From an uncultured Muribaculaceae bacterium (GTDB taxonomy: Bacteria; Cyanobacteriota; Vampirovibrionia; Gastranaerophilales; Gastranaerophilaceae): DNA of 40,189 bases. The DNA lies in the NCBI GenBank assembly GCA_964617065.1, contig CAZTVM010000004.1, forward strand, positions 1 through 40,189, in the 5' to 3' direction. Positions 17,350 through 25,226 of the stretch are shown here, piece after piece (positions within the stretch are counted from its first letter, which is position 1; each line of letters opens with the position of its first letter). A model generated the notes under the pieces. The model saw nothing but the letters and a program-made list of their open reading frames with translations. It ran no database searches and was not told the origin of the DNA. The translations under genes were made by a program, and so were the position numbers.

Positions 17350-19455
17350 TTATTGGTAAATATTGACATAATTCCAATAGGCTTTATAAACTTTTTTCAC
17401 GTAATTTTTTGTTTCATTATATGGTATATCTTCGACAAATTCATCAAAATCAGTGTAGTCTTTATTGTTAAACCAATAATTAACTGCGTTAGGTCCACCG
17501 TTATAAGCAGCAACAGCGAGTTGGTCGCTATTTCTTAATTCGTTTTTTATAAACGCAAAATAGCTACAACCTAACAATATATTCAATTGTGGGTCAAAAA
17601 GTTCTTCTGGTGAAAGATAAGGTATATTTGTTTTTTGAGCAATAAATAATGCGGTATCAGGCATGAGTTGCATCAGTCCTCTCGCATTAGAAGTGCTGAC
17701 TACACTTGAATTAAAATGACTTTCTTCCTTCAGCAATGAAAGCATCAAATAAACATTCAAATTTAATTTAGTGCATGTTTCGTTTAAAATATCGGTATAG
17801 TGCAAGGGGTAAGCAAGTTTATAAGGCATTTTATTGAAATCAGGCTTCGGAAAAGTATCTTTCAACCAATCTCTTGCATATACAGATGACGTAGAATATT
17901 TCCCATTTTTGTCCATAATCCAACTTTGCACAAGTTTGTTTTGTATCCCAATATCGTCTAAAATAGTTAAGTCGTTTGCGTTTATAGCTAAAGTAACCAT
18001 TTTTGTGCTTTTTTCATCCCAATTTGTATATTCAAAAGGGAATTGGTAGACTTGTAATTTCTCTGTCAACTTTTTAGATATTTTATCATGATTAAAATTC
18101 GGATTTATATTTTTTAAATTGTACATAGCTGCTGCTCTAAAGGCGTAGTAGTCATCAGGATATTCTTTCATCAATTTTTGGTAATAAAATTTTGCCTTTT
18201 CAAATTGTCGTTGCTCATGATAAATTTTTGCGACCCAAAACAATATAGCAGGTGCTGAATTTGCTTGAGGATACAAACTTATATGCTTTTCTCCCAAGCT
18301 CAAAGCAGTTTTAAAAGATTTATTTTTATAGTAAAACCTAAACAATTCCCACAAAGCCTCTGGTGCGTAGTCGCTTCTTTGATATTGCTGTGTCAGCGAA
18401 GTAAAATAACTGGCTCGTTCACGCTCATTTGTAGATAACAAACCCAAATTGTACAGTATAAAGTCTTCTGATTGAGCTTGATTTTTGCGACAAATTTGCC
18501 ACAATTCTATCCAAGCTTCTTTTTTGCTTAAGTTCGAACTGTTGACTACATCTGTCAAAACTGTGTTCAATTTATTTTTGTCTATAGTTCTCGAAAATTT
18601 AGGATAGTAGTAATTAAATACAGCTTTTGCTTTTTCAGCATGCAAAAGTTTTTTTTCTGTAAAATATTTTGCGTCCCAATACTGTCGATAATTGCCTCTT
18701 TCGAAATATGCCGCCGCTTTTTCATAATTACCGTTAGCATAATATGCGTTCGCTAACTTTACATTAATTATCGGTGATAGTTGCTTATTAAATGTTATTA
18801 TTTCATTGATACAGTCTTGTGAGTAAGTGCACTGAGGACAATTATCTAAATAAGCAAGCCATAAGTTTGTAGCTTCGACAATTAAATTTTGGTTGTAATT
18901 GTCTGCCATTGTCAACTCTGCAGCAAAAGGATCCTGCTCTGTTTGATAAACTAATTCTTTCTTATCTTTTTTTGCGCTTTCTTTTATCATTTCAGCCAAA
19001 AAATAATTTGCAGCCACCGCATAATCACTTTGCGTATAATTGAGCCGTATTTGATTGAAAAGGTATTCACTCTTTTTGTATTCTTTGTCACTGAAATAAG
19101 CTTTCGCTAATTCGTACGTAGCTTTTTCCGTGAAAATAGTATTTTTGTAATTCTTTATAAAAATAGAATATTTTTCTATGCTTGATTTTGTATCTTTTAG
19201 TTGCTCAGCGCAATAACCTTGTCTGTACAACGCTATTGGATAATATGGCGAATTTGGTCGTATTTTTGAAAAATTGTAGTATGCGTTTTGGTAATCCTTT
19301 TGATTTAAAAAATTTACACCTTGCGTATAATAAGTAACTGCAGTCGATGAAGGTATGAAAAAATAAAAAAAACATTTTGTCGCAATTAAAAACAAGCCTA
19401 TCGAAATCAGGATTAATAATGCGTTTTTTATATTCTCAAGTTTCAAATCTATCAT
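17350..19455 (-). CDS. Soluble lytic murein transglycosylase (Slt70-like: N-terminal anchor, TPR/superhelical domain, C-terminal SLT domain)
   Basis: 701 aa. The C-terminal SLT catalytic block LLKEESHFNSSVVSTSNARGLMQLMPDTA ... AAYNGGPNAV. TPR-like repeats upstream. N-terminal TM/signal anchor. Confidence 0.85.
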   Translation of the reverse strand: MIDLKLENIKNALLILISIGLFLIATKCFFYFFIPSSTAVTYYTQGVNFLNQKDYQNAYYNFSKIRPNSPYYPIALYRQGYCAEQLKDTKSSIEKYSIFIKNYKNTIFTEKATYELAKAYFSDKEYKKSEYLFNQIRLNYTQSDYAVAANYFLAEMIKESAKKDKKELVYQTEQDPFAAELTMADNYNQNLIVEATNLWLAYLDNCPQCTYSQDCINEIITFNKQLSPIINVKLANAYYANGNYEKAAAYFERGNYRQYWDAKYFTEKKLLHAEKAKAVFNYYYPKFSRTIDKNKLNTVLTDVVNSSNLSKKEAWIELWQICRKNQAQSEDFILYNLGLLSTNERERASYFTSLTQQYQRSDYAPEALWELFRFYYKNKSFKTALSLGEKHISLYPQANSAPAILFWVAKIYHEQRQFEKAKFYYQKLMKEYPDDYYAFRAAAMYNLKNINPNFNHDKISKKLTEKLQVYQFPFEYTNWDEKSTKMVTLAINANDLTILDDIGIQNKLVQSWIMDKNGKYSTSSVYARDWLKDTFPKPDFNKMPYKLAYPLHYTDILNETCTKLNLNVYLMLSLLKEESHFNSSVVSTSNARGLMQLMPDTALFIAQKTNIPYLSPEELFDPQLNILLGCSYFAFIKNELRNSDQLAVAAYNGGPNAVNYWFNNKDYTDFDEFVEDIPYNETKNYVKKVYKAYWNYVNIYQ

Positions 19456-19710
19456 AAATTTAAAATTCTCATTCTAATTCCTATAAAAGTATCCTTAAAA
19501 TTTACCAAAATAACAAGGTCTTTATTTTTACATTATTGCATATTAATTATTATTTACACAAGTTAGGTATTATATGAGTTCATTGTTAACAACAAAAAGC
19601 AGGCTTAACCACCTTCTCAAAAAAAAATTTACAAACTGCAATAACCAGAAATCAAAAATTATAAAAAATTATGTCTATAGTTTCGAAAAAAAATTAATTC
19701 AATAAACAAA

Positions 19711-19740
19711 AAAGACTTTATAAATAAAGCCTTTTTGTTT
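19711..19740 (-). terminator. Rho-independent terminator downstream of the 687-aa gene
   Basis: On the minus strand, AAAGGCTTTA / TAAAGTCTTT is a 10-bp stem (one G-U pair) with a 4-nt loop, followed by TTTTTTG. It is a weaker hairpin plus T-run on the plus strand. Confidence 0.6.
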
Positions 19741-19783
19741 GTAATCGTACTCTGTACTTTTTTCTTTGCTCCGAATTTCGATT

Positions 19784-21847
19784 TTATGCGTTGTTAGTTT
19801 CTTCTTCTGTGTCAGGTTCATTTTCGTTTTCAGCTGTCGTTTCACCCCAGTTTTTGTTAATGATATCTACTGTTATTTTTTCACCGTCGAGAACCATTGT
19901 ACCATTTGTCTGGAGTGTAATTCCTGCAGAATTAGCTGCGGCTAAAGACTCATTAGCTTCTTTTTTACGTCTGGCATTTTCAGCTTCAAAGTCGGCTGTC
20001 GCTTTTGTGAGTGCGTCTTTTGCATCTTCAATGGATTTTCTTGAACTATCTTTTGCTGTAGAATCCGCTTGAACATTCAAATCTATTATATTTCCGTTCG
20101 CATCTAATGTTGGGTCGTAATTTATAGTATATTTCATATTGTAGGCATCTTTGTAAACTTTTGAAATATATTCATTATTGTCCAATCGTTGGTAACCGCT
20201 CAATGTATTGCCATTAGACATTGAAACATTGAATCTGTTTTGTGTCAGATTGTTGTTGATGTCGAGCCAATTTTCTTTGTTAATCAAACTACCACTGTAT
20301 GCACCACCACTTTGGAATGTGCTTAAATCAATGCTCGTGACACCTGCTAGTGAAGCTGACGTGAAAGATCGTGCACCGGTTGCCCAGTTAGTTTTTAGTA
20401 TAGTCAAGTCTTCAAGTTCTTCATTTTCAATTTTTCCGTTTTTGTCTGTGTCGTACATCAATAATTCTTCTATGCCTGTTATAAACCCATCACCGTCTAC
20501 GTCGAATTTTTTTACGTCTTCAGCGCTCATGCCTGCAAATTTTTCACCAAATGTAGATACGATATTTGCGTCAGTCAATGATGATGTTTGCACTTTGGCT
20601 GCGCCCAAAAATTCTTCTGAACCGTTAAAAATATTATCACCATTAGCGTCTACTACAAAATCATAACTGATGTTACCGTGATTGAAGCCAATAGGGTCAG
20701 TTCTGTCTTCTTCAACCTGTTCATCTTCGTTTTCTACGACAGCTTCGCCCTCATCGGTAGGAAGATTTACTGTTCCACCTGTCGCAGTGACTACTTGAGG
20801 AGTAAATACGTTTCCGGCTGCATCAGTATATGTTCCGTCACCATTATTTGTAGCATTAGCAATTTTTGTATCTGAATTTGCCCAATCTAATGAATTTAAT
20901 TGTGATACTAATTTGCCGTATGTGTCACGTTCTTCTGTTCCATGTCCCCATGGGACTACAAACTTATTTGTCGCTGCATCATAGCTTATACCAGTATCAG
21001 GAAACATCCAGTTGATTGCATAAACGGCTTCCGGCATACTGAATGCACCATCGTACATTTGTCCAATTATGCCATCGTCTAAAGCTTTTCCTAGCCCACT
21101 TAAACCACCGTCATTAGCGCCTTTGCCATATTTCGATGATAGAAAATCTATCAAGTCGACCTTTTGTGGACTGTATATTGAAGAACCGCTTGCGTACTTT
21201 TTGTCAAAATCAACTGCTTCAGTCATGTTTGCTAGCAACGCATTGACTGTATTTAATGAAACAGTTGTCAATGCCAACTGCTGCTGAGTGACTGTCAAAG
21301 ATTGAGTCGTGTCGCTGATAGTTTCACTAAGTGCTGTTATTTTTTGTTTGTACGCTGTATTTCCATCTAATTTTTGTTGCAATTGGGTTTCTGTCATATT
21401 AGAAAAACCAAGCATAACTATCTTTCCTGCCAATTTACTTGAAAATTCATCTTCTGTAATTTCACCTTTTTTCAAATCTTCAATTAAACTACTTTGTGCT
21501 TTACTTATTTCTTTTTGTTGTTCTTCTGTTAAATCAGCGGCTTCTTGCATAATCTCTTTTAATGAAGCGTCTAATTCTTCTTCATATTGAGCTATCAACT
21601 CGATATTATCATTATTATCGGTTTCGAGCTCTTTTATTTTTTTATTCAAGGTTTCAATAGCTGCCTGTAAGCTTTTTTGTTGAGCTTCTAAATCTGCTTT
21701 TTTTGATGTATCTGAACCTACATTAAACAATTTGCTGTTTATTAGCCCGTTTGCTTCTGTTTGAGCAGCAGCTAATTGATTTATGTCGTTTAATGCTGAA
21801 TTTACTTTCGTGCCAAGACCTAATACACTATTTACGTCAAATGCCAT
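19784..21847 (-). CDS. Large coiled-coil protein with RTX-associated/EF-hand-like Ca2+-binding region, no signal peptide
   Basis: Preferred start is ATG 21847 (GAGGTG SD 5 nt upstream) rather than the ORF-track GTG 21853. There is a long N-terminal heptad-like region. An acidic linker comes next, then TDPIGF...FDVDGDGFITGIEELLMYDTDKNGKIENEELEDL...GVTSIDL (about 20404-20512). A C-terminal coiled coil and acidic tail complete the protein. Confidence 0.7.
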   Translation of the reverse strand: MAFDVNSVLGLGTKVNSALNDINQLAAAQTEANGLINSKLFNVGSDTSKKADLEAQQKSLQAAIETLNKKIKELETDNNDNIELIAQYEEELDASLKEIMQEAADLTEEQQKEISKAQSSLIEDLKKGEITEDEFSSKLAGKIVMLGFSNMTETQLQQKLDGNTAYKQKITALSETISDTTQSLTVTQQQLALTTVSLNTVNALLANMTEAVDFDKKYASGSSIYSPQKVDLIDFLSSKYGKGANDGGLSGLGKALDDGIIGQMYDGAFSMPEAVYAINWMFPDTGISYDAATNKFVVPWGHGTEERDTYGKLVSQLNSLDWANSDTKIANATNNGDGTYTDAAGNVFTPQVVTATGGTVNLPTDEGEAVVENEDEQVEEDRTDPIGFNHGNISYDFVVDANGDNIFNGSEEFLGAAKVQTSSLTDANIVSTFGEKFAGMSAEDVKKFDVDGDGFITGIEELLMYDTDKNGKIENEELEDLTILKTNWATGARSFTSASLAGVTSIDLSTFQSGGAYSGSLINKENWLDINNNLTQNRFNVSMSNGNTLSGYQRLDNNEYISKVYKDAYNMKYTINYDPTLDANGNIIDLNVQADSTAKDSSRKSIEDAKDALTKATADFEAENARRKKEANESLAAANSAGITLQTNGTMVLDGEKITVDIINKNWGETTAENENEPDTEEETNNA

Positions 21848-21947
21848 ATTCACACCTCATTGGTTACACATTTATATAAAGTCTTTCGAATATATAATAT
21901 TTCAATATTTCTTATATCTGTTACAAATTTTAACAAACGGCAAACAA

Positions 21948-21972
21948 AAAGAGACTCTGAATGAGTCTCTTT
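21948..21972 (-). terminator. Rho-independent terminator downstream of rpoZ
   Basis: AAAGAGACTC / GAGTCTCTTT 10-bp stem with a 5-nt loop. On the minus strand it is followed by TTTTGTTTG. Confidence 0.8.
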
Positions 21973-22001
21973 AAAATTTTGTATTCATTAAATAAAATTA
22001 A

Positions 22002-22244
22002 TTAGCCGACTAAACGACTTTCGTCAGATTCAGAAGCTTTTACCATGATAGCATGTTCTACAGGGTTTTCTTTTTTAATAGAGCTATCAAAAACAGCGTC
22101 ATCGTAGCCAAATTCTTCACGAGGTTTTTTTAGCTGATATTCATCAACTAATTTTTTAGCCAATTCAGCTATTTCATAAACTAATTGGTATCTATTTTCA
22201 GTATTTTCATTTAATTCCCACGCTACTTTTATAATTTGATTCAC
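22002..22244 (-). CDS. rpoZ: DNA-directed RNA polymerase omega subunit
   Basis: NRYQLVYEIAELAKKL matches the omega signature (NRY-x-LV...A-x-RA-like helix). The GTG at 22244 has a strong AAAGGAGAA SD and gives a normal 16-residue lead-in. The ORF-track ATG at 22301 has no SD (see findings). Confidence 0.7.
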   Translation of the reverse strand: MNQIIKVAWELNENTENRYQLVYEIAELAKKLVDEYQLKKPREEFGYDDAVFDSSIKKENPVEHAIMVKASESDESRLVG

Positions 22245-22309
22245 TTTTAATTCTCCTTTTTTTGATGAACACCGACCTAATTGCACCGACATGGTACTCA
22301 TCTGATTAC

Positions 22310-22338
22310 ATAATACTATGTGAAAAATAATATCGCAA
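22310..22338 (-). promoter_or_regulatory. Candidate sigma-70 promoter for rpoZ (TTGCGA-N17-TATTAT on the minus strand)
   Basis: Minus-strand TTGCGA at 22338-22333, 17-nt spacer, TATTAT at 22315-22310. Confidence 0.4.
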
Positions 22339-22375
22339 CAATATTTTGTTACTTTTTGTGTATTAATGCAAAAAA

Positions 22376-22404
22376 ATGGTTTTATCGATATGACAAAACC
22401 ATTA
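22376..22404 (-). terminator. Rho-independent terminator downstream of the zinc-ribbon gene
   Basis: AATGGTTTT / AAAACCATT stem (11-nt loop). On the minus strand it is followed by TTTTTTGC. Confidence 0.65.
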
Positions 22405-22429
22405 TAAAAGTATTCAATTTTATTTTAAA

Positions 22430-22702
22430 TTATTGTTGTCCATGAATATCATTGTAGCAGTCTTTGCAATAAACATCTTTTCCGTTAATAGGTTTAAACG
22501 GAACTTGAGTTTGGCAACCGCATTTTGAACAAACAACATCAAACATCTTTTTCTTTGATTTTTGTCTTCTGTTTTTTCTGCATTCAGGGCATCTTTTTGG
22601 CTTGTTGACAAGTCCTTTTTCTGCGTAAAATTCTTGTTCACCTACAGTGAATAAGAATGTGCATCCGCAATCTTCACAAACAAGCTTTTCGTCTTCGTAC
22701 AT
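22430..22702 (-). CDS. Double zinc-ribbon protein (two CxxC...CxxC units joined by a basic linker)
   Basis: CEDCGC...CPECR and CSKCGC...CKDCY flank RKNRRQKSKKK. Strong AAGGAGAAG SD. It resembles the widespread CxxC-x17-CxxC zinc-ribbon family of unknown function. Confidence 0.7.
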   Translation of the reverse strand: MYEDEKLVCEDCGCTFLFTVGEQEFYAEKGLVNKPKRCPECRKNRRQKSKKKMFDVVCSKCGCQTQVPFKPINGKDVYCKDCYNDIHGQQ

Positions 22703-22850
22703 TTTGGTCTTCTCCTTGATTAGTTAAACTGGGTAAATAACGAACCGACTAGGAATTAAATAATAATTACTATTGGACTGATACTTACTTTTTTTATTTT
22801 AAATCCTTTTTATAAATTACGCAAGCTATTTCTTATTTTCGTGACTTTTT

Positions 22851-23978
22851 CTACACAATTCTTCCATTTAAAATGTTAAAAATCTCCACATCTTTGAGGT
22901 ATTTAGTGTCGAAATGCAGAGTATCAACTGAAGTTATAATAGTTTGTGTTTTATTATCAATAGCATTCAGCAAATAATTTTGTCGCAAATCGTCTAACTC
23001 TGCTAAAACATCATCTAAAAGTAAAACCGGTGCGTAATTATACTGCTTTTTTATCAGCGCAAGCTCCGCAAGTTTCAGGCTTAAAACTATCGTTCTTTGC
23101 TGACCTTGTGATGCAAATTTTTTCGAGTCTACATTATTTATGAAATACGAAATGTCATCACGATGTGGACCGACAAGCGTTTGCGCTCTGATGAGTTCCT
23201 CTTGCATTTTTTCTTCAATCTTTTTTTTGAATATATGTGCTATTTCTTCTACTGATAGAAGTTCATCATTTTTACTGTTAAAATCTCCTATGACTGTTGA
23301 ATTATATAAAATATTCATTTCTTCATTTTGAGAAATTTCAGTATGTTTTAGTGTTGCTATTTTTTGTAATTCTTTCAAAAACTTTGTTCGTAAATATACG
23401 ATATTACTGCCTGTAGTTACTAATTGTGTATTCCATACGAAAAGTATATTTTCATCTAAATCACTCGAAAATTTCAACGATTTTAGGTAATTATTTTTTT
23501 GTATGCGGATTTTATTGTATTTGATTATTCTATCAGAATATGCCGGATAAATTTGTGATATAGCAATATCGAGCCAATCTCGTCTATCATCCGGGGCGCC
23601 TCTTAAAAGTAATAAATCATTCACTGTAAAACTGACTACAGCAAAATTTGAAATAAATTCTGAAAATTTCGATTTTTTTACACCATCAATTTTTAAAACT
23701 TTTTTTCTCGGTGGATTAATAATTACATCTAAACTCGTCTCTAACTCATTTTTTTCAATAGTCGCTTTTAAAGTTGTAGTTGTTTTATCCCATTGCATTA
23801 TTTCGGTGTCATTTTTTGCATTAAGTGGTCTAAGATTAGACAGGTAATAAATTGCTTCAAGAATATTTGTTTTGCCTTGAGCGTTTTTCCCGATAAGCAA
23901 AATTTTATTAGAATTAAATTCTACATTCAATTCTTCGTAATTCCTGAAATTATTTAGTTGTAATGATTTTATTCTCAT
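22851..23978 (-). CDS. recF: DNA replication and repair protein RecF
   Basis: N-terminus IKSLQLNNFRNY, Walker A GKNAQGKTNILEA, signature SQGQQRT, Walker B LLLDDVLAELD. Confidence 0.9.
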   Translation of the reverse strand: MRIKSLQLNNFRNYEELNVEFNSNKILLIGKNAQGKTNILEAIYYLSNLRPLNAKNDTEIMQWDKTTTTLKATIEKNELETSLDVIINPPRKKVLKIDGVKKSKFSEFISNFAVVSFTVNDLLLLRGAPDDRRDWLDIAISQIYPAYSDRIIKYNKIRIQKNNYLKSLKFSSDLDENILFVWNTQLVTTGSNIVYLRTKFLKELQKIATLKHTEISQNEEMNILYNSTVIGDFNSKNDELLSVEEIAHIFKKKIEEKMQEELIRAQTLVGPHRDDISYFINNVDSKKFASQGQQRTIVLSLKLAELALIKKQYNYAPVLLLDDVLAELDDLRQNYLLNAIDNKTQTIITSVDTLHFDTKYLKDVEIFNILNGRIV

Positions 23979-24037
23979 GTTAATTCTTTTTTATTTTTTC
24001 TTTTATAATAACAAAAAATTTGCTATTATATATAATT

Positions 24038-24664
24038 ATGACAGAATTAGATAACATAAAAAATGAAATAATAAAATATGGCGAGTTGCTTTACAAAAAA
24101 GGGCTGTCACCTGCAACATCAGGAAACATAAGTGTAAAGTTTGATAAAGGCTATTTAGTCACAGCGTCCGGTGTTTCTTTAGGTGATTTAACTTTCGAAG
24201 ATATAATTTTTATCGACGAAAATGCAAATATATTAGAAGGCACAAAAAAGCCAACATCAGAGAAGTTTTTACATCTCAAAACTTATTCGCTTCGCTCAGA
24301 TATAAACGCAATTATACATTGTCATTCTCCGAAAGCGACGGCTTTTTCAGTTGCAGGGCTCGGAATGGACATGCCGATATTGAGCGAATTTGTCTATTAC
24401 TTCGATAAAATCCCACTGGCAAAGTATGCAACTCCATCATCGACGCAATTGGTAGAAAACACAGTGCCCCATTTAAAAGACTCAAAAGCAGTTTTAATGG
24501 CTAATCATGGAGTTATTACAATCGCAAATAATTTAAAAAACGCTTTTTATCAAATAGAAACTATTGAAGCGTACGCAGAAGTGTACCTAAACTCAATAAC
24601 ATTAGGAAAAATGAATAAACTTTCTAAAAAAGATATTGAGGAAATTAATAAACTTCATAATTAA
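24038..24664 (+). CDS. Class II aldolase/adducin-family protein (fuculose-phosphate aldolase / MtnB-like)
   Basis: ATSGNISVK and HCHSP...ANHGVIT blocks of the class II aldolase fold. I prefer ATG 24038 over the ORF-track TTG 24020, which lies in a TATA-rich promoter-like stretch. Confidence 0.75.
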   Translation: MTELDNIKNEIIKYGELLYKKGLSPATSGNISVKFDKGYLVTASGVSLGDLTFEDIIFIDENANILEGTKKPTSEKFLHLKTYSLRSDINAIIHCHSPKATAFSVAGLGMDMPILSEFVYYFDKIPLAKYATPSSTQLVENTVPHLKDSKAVLMANHGVITIANNLKNAFYQIETIEAYAEVYLNSITLGKMNKLSKKDIEEINKLHN

Positions 24665-24675
24665 ATTCAGTTATA

Positions 24676-25041
24676 TTATGCTTTTTTAGCAAAAATATTA
24701 CAAATCCAATCACCGGCTTTAGCTATAGAATACTTTGTTTTAGCCCAAATACCTTTTTCAGCTTTGTCCCAGCCGTTCAGAGGAATGTCTTTCAGTCCGG
24801 TCCATTTTCTAGTAGCAGCCAACCCTCCACCTATAACAGCAACACCTATCAAGGTGCCTATTATTTTTGCAGTTAACGAGGTTTTTGGTTTTTCAGCTGT
24901 ATTTTCGTAAGTGTCCTTCATATTTTGGTTTAACGATGAAGAAGGTACAGACGATTGTGAAGATATATTTTGACGATTAGTTTGTGGTGTAGCTATTAAT
25001 TGTTGTAATGTCGCTGAATCGCTTATTAAAGTTGTTGACAT
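24676..25041 (-). CDS. Hypothetical single-pass membrane protein (121 aa)
   Basis: Perfect AGGAGG SD 5 nt upstream of the ATG. Ser/Gln-rich N-terminal half, TM helix IIGTLIGVAVIGGGLAA, Trp/Lys-rich C-terminal tail. I recognise no family. Confidence 0.6.
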   Translation of the reverse strand: MSTTLISDSATLQQLIATPQTNRQNISSQSSVPSSSLNQNMKDTYENTAEKPKTSLTAKIIGTLIGVAVIGGGLAATRKWTGLKDIPLNGWDKAEKGIWAKTKYSIAKAGDWICNIFAKKA

Positions 25042-25226
25042 GTGACCTCCTATTTCATTTTATACTGTTATTATTTTAATACATGAGAATATTTTTTATT
25101 GTTATTTACATGATTTTTTTTACTGAAATGTAATAATTCTTAATATTAGTTAACTTTTTTCCTTAATATTTTGTTTTATTTTGTTAATTTGTTATAAAAT
25201 TATTATTAGGAAATTGGGGAAAAAAC

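Noticed and set aside
19791-21590. A series of long plus-strand ORFs (93, 152, 65, 72 and 93 aa) antisense to the 687-aa gene, almost tiling it.
   Set aside because: Four of the five share one antisense frame offset relative to the sense codons. Their translations are low-complexity Ser/Phe/Leu-rich strings, and they lack SDs. This is the usual shadow-ORF effect of a gene rich in GAA/GAT/AAT/ACA-type codons, not overlapping coding.
24020-24037. ORF-track alternative starts: TTG 24020 (aldolase), TTG 11842, ATG 27552, GTG 21853, ATG 7368 and TTG 5931.
   Set aside because: For five of the six, an in-frame downstream ATG has a proper SD. The exception is the aldolase, whose ATG at 24038 also lacks an SD. 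The extended N-termini overlap promoter-like TATA-rich sequence and add non-conserved residues ahead of the recognisable domain start.
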